The notes beneath the pieces are model-generated. The model was given only the letters and a program-made list of their open reading frames with translations. It made no database searches and had not been told where the DNA came from. A DNA stretch of 63,646 nucleotides, filler included, from Craspedostauros australis (taxonomy: Eukaryota), in the NCBI GenBank assembly GCA_030167865.1. It is 8 parts of 8 records of this genome, joined end to end, with 100 filler letters (N's around TTAATTAATTAA, not from the genome) between each part and the next. Parts side by side here need not be neighbours in the genome. Positions count along the whole stretch, not along the records: positions 1 to 29,593 come from JALAGF010003899.1; 7 more parts are not named here. One strand, given 5' to 3'. Position 1 is the first letter of the stretch, and each line of letters starts with the position of its first letter. The position numbers were made by a program, and so were the translations under genes. Positions 11,624 to 27,400 of the stretch are shown here, one piece after another.

Positions 11624-13603
11624 TCACCTTCGAAATCTAGACAATTGTTGCTTCATAGCCACTTCTTTTTGTTGTTGGGACTCTTGCCGTCGCCGTCGTG
11701 GCGACTGCCAGATGAAGCCCAGCGCATCCAGCTGCTGGCGACGTTTCTCGGCGTCTTTGCCTCTCAAGTAGGCACCCTTGGAACGGATATCCCTGATCCT
11801 TTGACCCAGTGGAAAGCCCCACAGGTACTCTATGAGTGTTCATTGATTGCATTTATTGATTGCATGGATTGATCCACGAAAAAGAGAGAGAGCGAGAGAA
11901 TCATTAGATGGTGCCATGAGCTTCTCGTCAGATGTCAGACAGCGCGAGATAGGTGACGCACACTCAACGAAGCAGACATGGCCAATGTCGGCTGCAGCAT
12001 ATCATGCAGTGGAGCAATGAGAGACGGCGACACCCGAGGATGAGACGCTTGATGAAGCAGCATCGCCGTCACTTACCGGGCCACGGCCACGCGTCATCGC
12101 TGCCTCTGTCATTCCGCACGGATCGTCCTGGCATCGATTCTGATGACGCACTCCGTCCCACTTCATGATGCGACGGTGGATACGGCACGACGAATTTGTA
12201 CGGCACATCCAGCACGCGGCCGTTCATTTGGGAGTACACCGCACAAGCGTGCACCACCTTGAGCCAGCCCAAGTTGGCGTTGCCATTGCGATGAAACCCA
12301 ATCTCTTGCAGCATCTGCATCCGTTCTGGATGATCCTTCACGTACAACTGCTTCTGACGCACCGACATCGATTTTTCACCCAACGGATATCCCCACAGCT
12401 CGCGTGGCCATGCCGAGGTGTTGGACGGCACAATGTACGTCGATGGAATCCGCAATGCGGACGTCGGCGAGTTGAAGAGGTTGGGACGTCGAGTGGGGAT
12501 CTGTTGCATAACTCCGCCGCCACGGCCACTGTTTTCCGATCTGCCAGTGTTCTGGCCGTCATCGTGCCTCCTCCGACTCTGCGTGCGTTGCAACATGGCA
12601 TAATGCTTCAAGGCCGAGTAGAACAGTTCGAATTTGTATTCTTTCACATCCCACACGAAACCCAGAGCATCTAGCTGATCTCGACGTGACTTCCACGTGC
12701 ACTTGTTGCGCACAAAGTCACCGCGATTGCGTATCCGCAACACGGAATTCCCCAGCGTCATCCCCCAGGTCGCCTTGGGCCATTGCGTCAGTGTTGGCAC
12801 CACGAAGTTAGCGGGCACCATGACGTCGCCATGAATCTCTTGGTAGCAAATCAATGCTTCTAAGATCAAGTTCCATTCCGGTTGCAAGCGTTGCCACACG
12901 AAATCGAGCTGTGTTAATTCAGCCACTCGCTCAGGACGTTCTTGGACGTGACGTTGCCACCATCTCATGTCGTACACTGTGTTGGCGAGATCGAGTCCGT
13001 GCCATTCCGGCGGGTAGTCTAAAGTGTCATTTGGTGTGATACGCGATGCGCGATGGAATAATGTGTACGAATGGGTATGCGTATGCGTAGATTGCGCACT
13101 TCCACCAAAGGTTAGAACACGATGATGGTGATAGAGACAGCAGTGGTCGAGAATGGTCGCCAATTGTCCATCGCAATCGATGCAGGTGTCTGTGGCGGTC
13201 GTGCTTACTTGAGCACACAACATAAAAAGCCAGCGGCTACCGTTCCATGAGGAGCAGGTAGAATGTGCAGAGTAGATCCATTGATCCGATCTAGTTCTTC
13301 AATAACAGTCACGATGGTAGCGCTGTGACAAGCGTCATGCGAAGTTCGCTATGGACACTCACCACTGTCGTCTGGGACGATGAACCTCCGGGGCATCGCC
13401 AAGTGAGAGTGCTGCTCGTAGTACACGCGCAAAGCTTGCGTGGTGCAGTTGTACGAGATTTCATTGGCACTGATGTGCCCGACGCTTCGGACCTCCCTCG
13501 TTGTCCGAATGGGCGTAGTCGAAGACAGAGGAGTGTGCAAAGATTGCGATGATGTCACCAGGCAACTCAATGCAAGAAGCACCACAAAAAGAGGCCGTGG
13601 CAT
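11624..13603 (-). CDS. Helicase-associated (HA) repeat protein with predicted signal peptide; exons 13603-13363, 13018-12077, 11829-11624 (alternative ATG at 13783)
   Basis: Four repeats of L..Y...HG...VP..F.VP....WP...WG..LG.....R.........L..LGFVW. Two phase-1 GT-AG introns restore the frame; stop TGA at 11624-11626. Confidence 0.75.
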
Positions 13604-13676
13604 TGGACGCAATGGTCTGCGTGGGCTCTTCGTCTGTGCCTGGTGGAAACAGGATGATCCCGTTCCTATCGCTACG

Positions 13677-13707
<31 letters not shown>

Positions 13708-14312
13708 ATGATGGTGGTTGCATTATCGTTGTGGGTGTCGACATCGTTACCATCATGGTCGGCATGATGGTGATGGCAGACATTATCTTTCCCTGTTGAT
13801 TGCCAAGCGGAGCGGATGGGGAAACAAACACGAACCCCCATCACCTTTTTTTCCCTCGTGCGTTTGTGTGGGCGCCATTTTCGTCGTTTGGAGTTTCTTC
13901 AACATACCGATACGCTAAAACAATTGGCCGTATTTGGGCATTATATCTTTGTTGGAACCACGAAAATAGAGCGTTGGTGCAAAATGGTAAATTTGAAAAG
14001 AGCTACAAGCACCACAAACCACAAAACAAACCCAAGGAAGAGGAGGCTGCCACACAAGGCACAACACAATGAACGGAGCTTGGTTTCTAAAAGATCCATG
14101 CTTTGCTGTCACCATTGATCATCACATCACATCAAATCGGTGATCAATCAATCGATCGATCAGAAGTACAATACTCGCAGAATCCAACCCCGTTCTCGCC
14201 ATACATTACTCTACATACGACTACGACTACAATTGCCAACACTCGCTATCTTGTTTCATTTCACCCGACGCTCACTCTTTCGACAGAACACGAGTGCGAA
14301 TAGGATTGCACA

Positions 14313-15767
14313 ATGCAGAACGCAGGCCCGGCCGGACCAGCCCCATCGGGTGGCAACGGAATGGACGACGACGGTGCACCCGGCGAGGCCACCTTGCTGG
14401 TCAGCGAATTCCCGCCACCGCCCAGCTACCACCACCTTGCGGCCTCGTTGACGCCGCCACCAATCCCAAAGGAAGCCTTGGAAAGGGGGACCTTGCGGGC
14501 TGCTGCTGCCGCCGCCCGTGCCAGAGCCGAAGCCGAGCGAATACGTCTTGCGGATGATGCTGACAAAACAGATGCCATCCTGGGTGGCGTGCCGGCCAAT
14601 GAAGAAGAGGAAGAGGCTGATGGAGACGTTGTCGCCGTTTTTGGGGAAATTGTGGAGGTACGACCATCACGCCAGTGTTCGATGCCACACCTTGCCTATT
14701 CAAAGTTCATCAGCTGGCAGCTTGTCGGCCGCTGACCGAGTGTGATAGTGTGGTTTCATCTGCATGTTAGAATACTTGACAGTCCTTCTCACTCACTCGC
14801 TCGCTCCATTGTTCCTCTCCTCTCTTCCGCAACACAACAACCGACAATTGCAACAATGGCTCTGTCCTTTGACGATAAAGGATCCGATGATCGTTCAACC
14901 GCTGGACCCCTGCGAGAATCCTAGAATCGTCGGAAATGAGATCAAGAGGTAGGTGCAACTCTCTAAAGATGAGTATGTGATGCGCGCCAACGCGATAGAC
15001 TCAGACACGGGCGCATCACGGCATGTTGTGCTACTTAGCTACCGTCGTTGCCGATGCCGCAAGTCAGTGTTGCATTCACTGCGTGTCGCGAACATCAAAC
15101 ACAACAGAGTACAGTACTCTACACAAACGCCAAACCTCGTCTTGAACTGACTTCACTGCTCTGCTCTGCTCTGCTCTGCTACTATATACACCGCGAACTG
15201 GACCCTGGCTTCTCACCAATCTTGCTCACTCAACACTACATTGCTTGTATTCTCCATTGTTGACATCTGCAGACTAAACCAGCAAGTTGTGGAAGGATTC
15301 ATTGCGCTGGTGCAAGAGCTGGTGCACCGACCTGCGGGTAACAAGTAAGTACTCCTATTATGAATCGCGAGCGCAATTCGGGGATGTTCGTGAATCGCGT
15401 CGGACGTTGATCAAAGGAGTGCTGCTGGCGATGACGCGAACATCGAAAAGATGAGAAGAAGAAATCTCTGCTCTTTGTCTTTTCGTGCATGCATCAAGCA
15501 CCTCGCTCACGTACGCATTCACACCACTCATTGGCAAACCATCAATTGGCAATGTCATGATCGTTGTCCTGCCGGAACAGAGAGAAACGAGATGAACTGT
15601 CACACAAGATCTTCCTGATGCTTCAAGAATGCAACAAGCTGCGAGAACACCAAAGCCGCGAACTCCTCATCCAGCTACTGGAGCATCAGCTTGAGGAAAG
15701 AAAGTCGTTGACGAAGCAATTGGGGGAGGACATTGAAAAGGCCGAATCTTTGCTCAACAAGAATTGA
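14313..15767 (+). CDS. MED7: Mediator subunit 7; exons 14313-14657, 14881-14948, 15273-15344, 15581-15767
   Basis: SEFPPPPSY, PPPIP, VFGE, EIKRLNQQVVEGFIALVQELV, NKLREHQSRELLIQLLEHQLEERK match Med7. Canonical splice sites keep the frame. Confidence 0.85.
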
Positions 15768-16347
15768 ATATAATGGAATGGGGTTGAATGGAACGGAATG
15801 GGGTTCGAAAAAAGGGTCTTCACAACGCAGAACAATGCACCATAATGCAATAGAATCATCGCAGATCATCGTCTGGCCTCGACTTCCCAGTGGGAATGCC
15901 TGCCTGCTGGTCATATTCCTACCAGTATCCATCCTCGCATTCATGGGGCCCAACAGCAATTTCCTTCGATCTCTCTAGCTCGTAATACTACCCGAAACCT
16001 TCGTTTCACGCGTTTGTTGGCTTCCATGACATTCTTCTAGTCCCGCCAACGCACTACCAAACACGATACAGCGAGTCTTGTATGAATCAATCACGGACCA
16101 AGTTGAAGTATTCCAGCTGGAACGATGTGACGAACGAAGATCCAGAGACGAAAGCGCAACACACCGACACGAAAAAAGGAAGACATCCATCTCCACTGCG
16201 ACGAAAGATGACCATCTCCAGCTTCGATACAGCTCAACAGCTTCCCATCGGTTTCGCAACGCTTCGTCCTCGCTCATCTCCAAAGCTCGACTCAACATAA
16301 AATACATCCACACTATCGTTGTGTCTATCCCACGCTCTTCCTCCAAC

Positions 16348-18466
<2,119 letters not shown>

Positions 18467-19268
18467 AGTAAAGTAATTCAAGTCGAATGCCGGCTGGTGG
18501 AGCAACTGGCCAGCGCAGACTTTTTGACAAACAAGAATGCATACTATTGGTTACTCTGGAGCAAAATAAGCTGGACTGCACAGGCCACATAAATGAAGGC
18601 AAACCCAGACATCACCAATCCTGCTTTGCCCGTGATGGTGACTCGTATCCGGCGAACTAAATCTCTCTGTGAGCGACATGCTCGCATTGTGCCTCGCTCT
18701 TGTCGTTCCTTGGCGCTCCGACCCCATCGCGTTTGCTTCTGCTTCTGCAGTTGTTCTCATTTGTATTAGTACCTGGCCGCAGTCCCCATCGTGGTATCGG
18801 ACTCTGCCTGGCGAGGAACGAGTACGACTACTTACGTACGTAGTCGTACATACGATTTCTCTCCCAGTTCCCGTCAACCACCCTGCGTGTTTCTTCTCTG
18901 TGTGTTGTTGTTGTTAATGTTTCTGACAGGAGAGCGTGTGTACGTACGGGTACGTCGAGAGTGAAGCCGGCCACGAGAAGGTCTGCCCGGACAATTGTAA
19001 CTCCAATTCATCATTCATCTCAAAAGTCGTGAAGACTGCCTGTGCCAAACTTGTCCAATGTGTATGATGTTGTATTATGCATGATATGCGTACTGTAATA
19101 TTCCCTTACCGGTATGCATGTTCGCAGAGGACCAAACAGCGCCGATGAAGCACTGCTTTACTCGTACCTTCCTGCTCGTGCTATGCTGTGCACTTATAGT
19201 CGCCGCCCTCAGATCCACCCTTGTTGTCTAGTACGCACAACAGAACAGCCCGCATCCGCATCCCACCA

Positions 19269-20756
19269 CTACCGAATTTGAGGCATTGGCTGCTGCTTCT
19301 CCTTTGCCCGTTTCGTCAAATTGCGGAATCCCATGGCGATCTTCTCCGTGCACCGGTGTTCGTCCACCTCAACCCACCAACCTGTGTCCCCGTAGCGTTC
19401 CAGAAATCGCGCACCCCTTGCCTTGATCTGCTGCAGCACCCCTGCGACGACATGCTTCTTCTCCAACCGACTCGCTGCCTGGTGCTGAGACTTGCATTCC
19501 TTGATGAGGTTGGTGAGGTCGACATTGCCTGGGAACCACTGGAATTGCGGCCCCTTCCCGACCAGGACATCTACTTCGCGGATCTCATGAATCTTCCCGT
19601 CTCTGGAGATCTCCTCCACACGAGCGCTGTCTTTCTCGTATCGTATCAACTCGCGAAGGTGTTGATCGACCAAATCGAGCCGCCAGATGCCTTCGGTGTC
19701 CATCGGCATGATAGAAGTGGGGATGCCGAACGTGTTCAAGTCGTAGTGCGTCTCGAGCATCGACCCGTAATGCATCTTCATGCGTTGACGATCCTGCGGA
19801 GACGCCAAACGAAAGCAAACCACGATTAATGGGCGCAGTATCTCGGTGGAGAGGCAGATATGAACTGCGGCGTTGCGGAATGGCATGCAATGTTGAAGCC
19901 ACGCCTGGTTTTCATGCATTCGGAAGGCTTCCAAGGTGTCGTGCGCCGATGCTCCGTGCGAGAACATGACCGTGACGAAGCCTTTCTTCTGTGCGGTCTC
20001 GCTGCGTTTGGCGCACGAGAACATCTTGTGCCAGCTTGCTTGGACGTGGCATGCCGCATGTGGATCGGGCAAGCACAAAGCGTAAGGACCGAACATGATC
20101 GGCCGTCCAACGGAGTCTGTCATGTTGGGAAAGAGAGCGCTGATATGCCTGGTGGATTCCTTCGCATCGTCGTCCAGATCATCCCAACGGATGTCATTCG
20201 TGAGCTTTTCATGACCGAACCATTGCCACTTCTTTTCGAAGTGCAGCATGATCTTGTCGGCAGCCTTCCCGGCGTCGTACTCCGTGCTGCGCAAGAACAT
20301 GAGCTCGAAATCGCGAGCCTTGACGTACTTCTTGTTGAGGAAGAGTGCCCGGCTGTAGGCCGTGTTGATCTTGGATTTGGATTTGAGCTTGCGATCGAGC
20401 TCCTCGAGGCGATCTTCCACGAAATTGGCCGACTCCTCTATCACCCGCGTGACGCCATGGATGCTCTCGTAGACCTGCTCCCTTTCGTTGGGCGAGAGAT
20501 TGCGCAGCTCGTGGTTGACGATATCCTCCGGACAGCTGGCGCTGAAAGTCTCCGAGCTTCCTTCACTTTTGAACGCATCGGCAGCCTGTTTCACCGCCCT
20601 CTCATCGCCGATCTGGTGCATTCCAAAGCTTCGAACCGTTTCCGGGTGCACGCTGAAGAGGGAGGTTGGTCCATCAGGCAAGTGAGGAATTTGCCCATCC
20701 GCAGAAGCTTTCTTGCGCGGGTTGCACAAGATCTCGCTAAAGCATGATCGCTTCAT
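19269..20756 (-). CDS. CRAL-TRIO-like plus C-terminal DUF6824 protein
   Basis: ERE.VYESIHG, FELMFLRSTEYDAGKAA, DSVGRPI, PFR.AAVHIC, RMKMHYGS...FGIP. C-terminal DVLVGKG...PGN...GARFLE...W.EVD....EKIAMGFRN. This architecture is common in diatoms. Confidence 0.8.
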   Translation of the reverse strand: MKRSCFSEILCNPRKKASADGQIPHLPDGPTSLFSVHPETVRSFGMHQIGDERAVKQAADAFKSEGSSETFSASCPEDIVNHELRNLSPNEREQVYESIHGVTRVIEESANFVEDRLEELDRKLKSKSKINTAYSRALFLNKKYVKARDFELMFLRSTEYDAGKAADKIMLHFEKKWQWFGHEKLTNDIRWDDLDDDAKESTRHISALFPNMTDSVGRPIMFGPYALCLPDPHAACHVQASWHKMFSCAKRSETAQKKGFVTVMFSHGASAHDTLEAFRMHENQAWLQHCMPFRNAAVHICLSTEILRPLIVVCFRLASPQDRQRMKMHYGSMLETHYDLNTFGIPTSIMPMDTEGIWRLDLVDQHLRELIRYEKDSARVEEISRDGKIHEIREVDVLVGKGPQFQWFPGNVDLTNLIKECKSQHQAASRLEKKHVVAGVLQQIKARGARFLERYGDTGWWVEVDEHRCTEKIAMGFRNLTKRAKEKQQPMPQIR

Positions 20757-22346
20757 TGTCGACTTGCAGGTACGTACGTGGATGTGGATATGGATGTGGA
20801 TGTGGATGTATACGTACGAATTGGTATGCACGGTACTGGTGTTGGTGCTGGGATTAGCATTGGTGGAGAATGTGCTCAGATCACAGTTCTGCTCATGTGG
20901 CGAATGTTGAAGAGTGCGTGTTGCTCGGCAAAAGATGGCGCGGGAGTGATATTATGAGCGTCGATGTTGATCTCTACAGAGTCTGAGTGTGAATCAGGGC
21001 TTGGCTATGCCTGTGATTTTGTCTCTCTTTCTCTCTCTCCAGAGAGATGAACTGTGAGTGTGAGCACAAGCGTATTGGTACTTGTATGACGATGCTTATG
21101 AGATGTGATGCGAGGATGCTGATGTTTGCGAGGACGAGGATAGTCGCGGGTGCAAGATCACTCGTGGTTGCCCCTCCCTTGCCTTTGGTGAGACACATCT
21201 CTCTGTGGTGTCCACACAATGTTTGCCAAGGAAACGCAGCTCACATCCCAGGGCATGAGGTGTGCATGGTGCTGTTCCTCTCTGCTGCAATCGTCGTCGC
21301 CGCTCGTGCCACCAACACGAACGGGAGATGTCGTCTGTTGCACAATGTCACCACGACATGGTGCGATGGGGAGTATTCTTGAGAAAGACGCGAGAAGTCC
21401 ACGCCAAGGGTCCAATCTTGGTTTGTTGAAGGCGAACCCACAGTGTTCGTGATTGACAGTTTTTGTCGTGTTGATTTTCGCGTTAACGATCGTCTTCAAC
21501 ATCCACTGTCGTATTGTTTGTCTATAGAGAGTCCTCCCACACAACGGCTTCCACGCACTAACTTTGTTTCGCTGGGCGTGGCATGATCGTTTGCATCAAT
21601 CACGCACACCGCATGTTTCCCACACCTGCGCGACAACACGAGCAACACATTTTGACGTGGCCGAATCCCAACGCGGTCGCTACCACTCAGTTCGTTGTTG
21701 TGATATTTTGGCCGACGCGTCAGAAAATCACTTCTACAGAATTCAGTGACCAGCGACAACATCATCACACTTCGCAGCAGTGGTACCGTGGAACAACCGC
21801 ACTAAGACTCCACAGAGTGCTGGCGAAGCGGTGTCACATCATTACCACCATTGTCGACGCCATTTGTACCCACATCGCTGGAGCCGACCAAGGCAGCGGA
21901 AGACATTTCGCTCGGGCACCAAGGGCATGTTGTTGGAAGTGGGACCACCTCTCCATCTGCCAATGGAAAGACCCGCAAGCCACCAGAGTGCAACAAGGAG
22001 GGAGAAGCAATAACTAAAACGTACCCTAAAAGGCAACCGGGTCCACGCACAACTTCAATCCCAACCAAGACAACCAAGGTGGCGTCGTACCGTTCGTCCA
22101 CACCTCCAAGTACAGCAGGCCCATCAGGACTCCACGAGTACGACCCACGCGCAGGACGTCCGCTTCTTGTGATCTCTGTGATCGGCCACGACCAATCGCA
22201 AACGCTCCGGAGCAATGACGACTTCTTGTCAAGGCCCACAGCTTTCACTCCATCGGTCCCAACGCATGAACAAACGAACAGGCCCCATCAACCAAGACCG
22301 GCAAAACCATCGCCATCAGCATCCCCAACGGCACCTCCAGCACAAC

Positions 22347-23930
22347 ATGTCTGAGCTGCCCCCGAAGTCATCGCGCAAGCGGCAGAAATGAAAGCCCGAA
22401 AGAGCGTCGGAAGTAGCAAGCAGAGATGAGGATGACGACATTGTGTCTGCACCAAAGCTATCCTCGACAAACCGAAGGAAGAAGGCCAAGGACAAGTCCT
22501 CGTCGACGTCAACGTCACTGAAAGGCAACAAATGGGAAGCGAATGGTGACGAGACTTCCACCATCCACGATGATGATGTGTCTGCTGGTGTTCACGTTCA
22601 CGTTCACACCAACGCCGACCTGCCTTCATGGTCCACCTTCGATGATCTCGGTCTTGATGAGATGTTGGTGAAGACATGCCGTTCGTTGGGGTTCCAACGA
22701 CCCACTCCAGTGCAGCAGGCGATCGTTCCCTTTCTCATCTCTCAAACGGCGGCGCACGTCTTGGCCTTGGCTGCGACAGGCAGCGGCAAAACGGTCGCCT
22801 TCTGCTTGCCCATCCTGCATTGCAACCGCAAGAAGCGAACCGTGTGTCAAACCTTGCTGTTCAGTGCCACCATGACGGGCAGTCTGGAAATGCTGGAATC
22901 CATCGCGGGCACAGGCCAAGGTCGATTGCCGTTGCACAAGTTCCTGGTCACGGATTCGGATCCGGATCCATCGGCCTTGCAGGGAAAGGGGATGGAGGCA
23001 GGTCAACTGCAGAATAGCAGTGACGGTGGTAGCGAGACAGACAGCAAGACCAACAAGGACAACAACGACAAGACCGCGATGGAGGCAGCGACGACTCCCA
23101 GGATCCCAGCTGGACTCAAACAGGAGTACCTGTTCATGCCATCACGTGTCCGCGATGCGTACCTTCTTGCCACGATCCGTGCATTGATGTCTCACGGTGG
23201 ACGTGCCAAGGCATCGAATGGAAAGAATGCGTGGTCTGGCAAACGATCGAGAACCAGCAATAATCGTGGCAATGACAACGACGACAACGGCGATAGCGAT
23301 GGCGATGGTGATCAAGGACCAAGCAAATCAAGGTCTGCGATCATCTTCGTGTCCACGTGCGAGCGAGCTGCGTTGGTATCGGGCATACTGTCTCAAGTTG
23401 GGGTGGAGAATGTGGCGTTGCATTCTCTTCTGTCGCAGAACCGCAGGTTGGCAGCGCTGGGGAAGTTCAAATCCCAGCAAGCCCGAGTGCTCGTCGCGAC
23501 GGACGTGGCATCTCGTGGACTGGACATCCCGTGCGTTGATCTTGTCATCAATTCCGAGCTCCCAAGGAACACTGTCTCTTACGTGCACCGTGTCGGACGC
23601 ACAGCCCGAGCCGGTCGGCGCGGCAGGGCCATCAGCTTGGTTGCGGAGACGGACGTCAACCTCGTGCATGCCGCAGAGCGTATCACGGGTCGTCCGTTGG
23701 AGAAGTGCACGGAGATCCCTGACGACGCTGCCATCAAGATGCTCGGACCTGTCACGAAGGCTGCACGATTGGCAAAGATGCACCTGATGGATATTGGATT
23801 TGATGATCTCGCGAAGAAGTTCAAGGAACGCAAGGTCCGAGATCGCAAGGAGCGGCAGCGAATCGAAAAGGCCTTGCGCAGATCCGCCAAGAGGAATAGC
23901 AAGAGCATGAACAAGAGTGATGGCGCCTGA
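22347..23930 (+). pseudogene. DBP8: DEAD-box helicase DBP8/DDX49-like, probably non-functional (in-frame TGA at 22389 and motifs Ia-II absent)
   Basis: Q motif (FDDLGL...PTPVQ) and motif I (ATGSGKT) are followed almost directly by motif III (QTLLFSAT), with no PTRELA or DEAD. Domain 2 is intact (ALHS, ATDVASRGLDIP, YVHRVGRTARAGR). ATG 22347 is in frame but meets TGA after 14 codons. Confidence 0.7.
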
Positions 23931-24490
23931 GGCACCCACTCGTTTCCGTGCCATCAGAAACTGGATGAAGAGGTTTGTGTCGAAGTACCATGGAGTGCCG
24001 TATCATCATCCACACTCGAGTACGTGTACTCTACTTGTGGTCACCGTCGGAGTGTTTCACCCTGATGTCAAAAATGTGACAAACTTGAGACACGCAAGTG
24101 GAGTACTCAATAGGTCGTGCATAGGGAGTACTCTGGAGAGTCGCGCAATACTTGGCAATGTATTACATCACATTATATATTATGATAGAATTATGTTACT
24201 ATATAATACGCTTGAGAAACGATGACTGAGAGATCCCATCACTCTCTTTGGGGCATAGAGCAGAGCAATCCATGCTGTGACGAATCTTGCTGCGCGCACG
24301 TCCTTGTAGTTGCCACTCCGTTTGAACATCCTGGATTTGCGGATGACACCCCGGCAACGCTCCCAATGATACTACCATACGCAGCATGAGCCGAGCAGCC
24401 GGTTATGCGGTGGCCGATTGTGCTTCCGCAGTTGCTGCATCACTCATCATGCTCGACTTGCGCTCCTATGAGCTAACAGTGTTGCTGTAT

Positions 24491-27400
24491 TCACTCCACA
24501 GCAACCGACTTGCGCTTGCGAGAGTCTCTTGCGCTACCTCTCCCAACGGCTTCCGCGGCAGCCGAACCGCCACTGCTCAGCTTCTTCTCCTCGTCAGCGA
24601 TGAACTTCAACGCGGCTGGTTTGTTCGTGGACTCCACTCTGCTCTCACGGTTGCGGAAAGCGATGCGGTAAAAGTTGTCTGACACGGCGACGAGCTCGGG
24701 ACGGAACGTGCTCATGATGAACTGGGCTGGATTGTCCTCGTCCACGCTCTGACGGTGGATGAGGTTGGCGACGGCCTGTCGGTACGTGGAATCCAATGCC
24801 TGATCAAGCTCGTCGAAGATGTAGAAAGGGGCAGGATCGCATCGCTGGATGGCAAAGATGAGAGCCAATGCCACCAACGCCTTCTGCCCGCCGCTCAATT
24901 GTGACATCATGAAGTTCTCTCCCGAGTCGCTGAACCACACCTTGATGCCGATGCCTCTGTACGAGTCTGCAGGGATATTTCGAGAGCCTGCTGGTGGTTT
25001 TGCGACGGCACCCTCGTCAGACACATCAGACTGGGCTTCCTTGTCGGTCTCATCCTCATCCTCATCGTTGTCGTCATCGTCGTTGTCGTCGTCGTCGTCA
25101 TCCATAGCGGCAGCCTTGATGATGAGCTTGCCACCACCCAACGGCACGAGTTCCTTGAAGACCTGTCTGAAGTTCTTGCTCACCTTGCGGAAGATACGGT
25201 TGATCGCCGCATCCTTCTTGTCGTCAAGGCTGCTGATCAGCTCCTCCACCTTCGTGGCACCTTCATCCAGCTCGCGCTTGCGTCTCAGCAGCTCGCTGCG
25301 CTTATCATTGAAGTTGACGTACTGGTCGAATGCCTTCTTGTTGACGTGTGAGTACTTCTTGAGGTTCTTGTTGACACCTTCGATGGCCTTGGTGAGGTTG
25401 GGAATGGACTGCTTCTTGTGCTCCTTCAGCTCGCTGGTTGGTGGCAGAGACCCCAGCTCCTGGATCTTGCGCACGTACGTGTCACGCTTGGAGACGTTCA
25501 TGGATTTCTGCGCAGAGCGATACACCGGAATGCAATCAAGTAGGGTAGAACAGAGTAGAGTAGAGTAGCGCAGAGTAGAGCAGATTGGAATGTGACAGAT
25601 CGGCAAGAAAAGGAACAGAACGGAACGAAGATGGTGAGGGAAGGAAATGCACAGGTGAATGCTCCAGCATGCCTGATGGCCGTGATGGCAGGCGCAATGT
25701 GATCACTCCCATTCAACCTCAAAGAACAATCTCACGCACATGCACAAGCACATGCACACATGCATATCCAAATCACACACCTTGTTCAGCAGATCCTCGG
25801 CTTCCGTCGACTTCTCCTCGATTCTCTTCGCCACATCCATCTCCGCGGTCTTCAGATCCTCCACCGTCTGGTGAGTTGCATCAAGATTGGCCTGGATATC
25901 TCTGCCCGTTTGACGGATCTGCTTCATTTGGCTCTCCAACTCATCCGCGTGCTTCACCGCATCGTCGTACCGTCCCTCTCGAAGCTGCAGATCAAATTCC
26001 AGCTGCTCTTGCGCTGCGTCGGATGCGATGCGTTCGATGCGGTCGCCTGGGCCGTTTCCGGACTCCACACGCGTTTCTGTGAGCTCGCGACGTGCTTTCA
26101 GCAGGTTGTCCTGCAGCAAACTGCTGAGCTGCTGGCGTCGGGCTGTGATGTCATCCACGACGCCGCTCTGACTTTCCGCAGCCTTTGTCTTGGCCGCGAA
26201 TTCCTGCTTCAGACGTTGCAGGGTGGTACGTTCCTCATCCGACAGTGCACGGACCAGCTCCGTGCCAATCTCCTTGCGCAGACGTTCCAAGTCACCCTCA
26301 AACGATGCCATGTCACGTTCCAGCGGAGGAATGATCTCCGTTTCCAGCCGCTCCGCCTCCCGCTCGTTCTCATTCATCTGGCTTTGGGCACGATCCAACA
26401 AGGACTGCATGGATGCCAGTTCTCGTTCTAGCTTCAGCTGCTCACGTTCGACCTGAGACACCTCTGCCGCCGTCCTCGCCACGTCGTGGTCCACCTTCTC
26501 GCTGTCCTGCTTCAAGCTGTGGAAGCGTCGCAACAACCCATCATGCGCGTTGCGTTCCTGACGCAGACGATCGTGAGCACGCAACCGGCTCTTGTTCGCA
26601 TCGACGTATCCGCCCGTCAACGCACCCTTGCGACTGCACAGATCACCCTCGATCGTGATGGCATCCATGCGGTACCGTGATGACCATTCGGATGCAACCT
26701 CGGAAGTCCGTGCCAGGAGCTTCTTGTCAAACACGTGCCGCATGGCCCGCTCCACTCGGTTGTCGAAGGTGATGCAGGCGTGCAGGATGCGGCAGTTCTC
26801 TTCAGGCGGGTACTGCGTCGTGCCGCGCGTGTCCGTGTGGAGACGGTTGAGAGGAAGGAAGGTGACGCGACCCAGCTTGTGCTCCTCGAGGCGTCTCATC
26901 AACCGAGCGGCGGTCTCGTCCGTATCCACGATGACGTGGAACAGCGCATTCTGCGCGGCCACCTCTACCGCCGTGCGGTACTCGTCGTCCTTCAGCTCGA
27001 AGTTGTCCATGAGCATGCCGAAGTACTGCACGCCGACAGTCAGCCCTTCGCGTCGCACCAGCTGATCGAGGTTGCTGATGCCCATCGCGGTGTTGCGGGG
27101 CATCGTCTTCCAGAAATCGCCGCGTGCGCTGTTGAGCTGTTCCTTGGCGTCGCTCATCTGCTCCTTCACGTTCTCCAAATCATGCCACAGCGTCTTGCGT
27201 CGTTCGAAGAGCCCGCCATGCTCTTTCTTCTTGTCGTTGAGTTGCTTCCCCAGCGAGTGCAGCTGATCCTGCCTGTCCTTGATCTGAGCCTGGCGCATCT
27301 GGACTTGTGCAGGCTGTGACTGGATAGCACGACGGACGTTGGCCAACGCCGTCCGTTGTTCATCCACCATCTGTGCGGTGTTGGCCTTGAGACCTTCGAT

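Noticed and set aside
21851..22354. 167-aa P/T/S-rich ORF upstream of the helicase
   Set aside because: Low complexity, non-ATG start, no recognisable domain; coding status unsupported.
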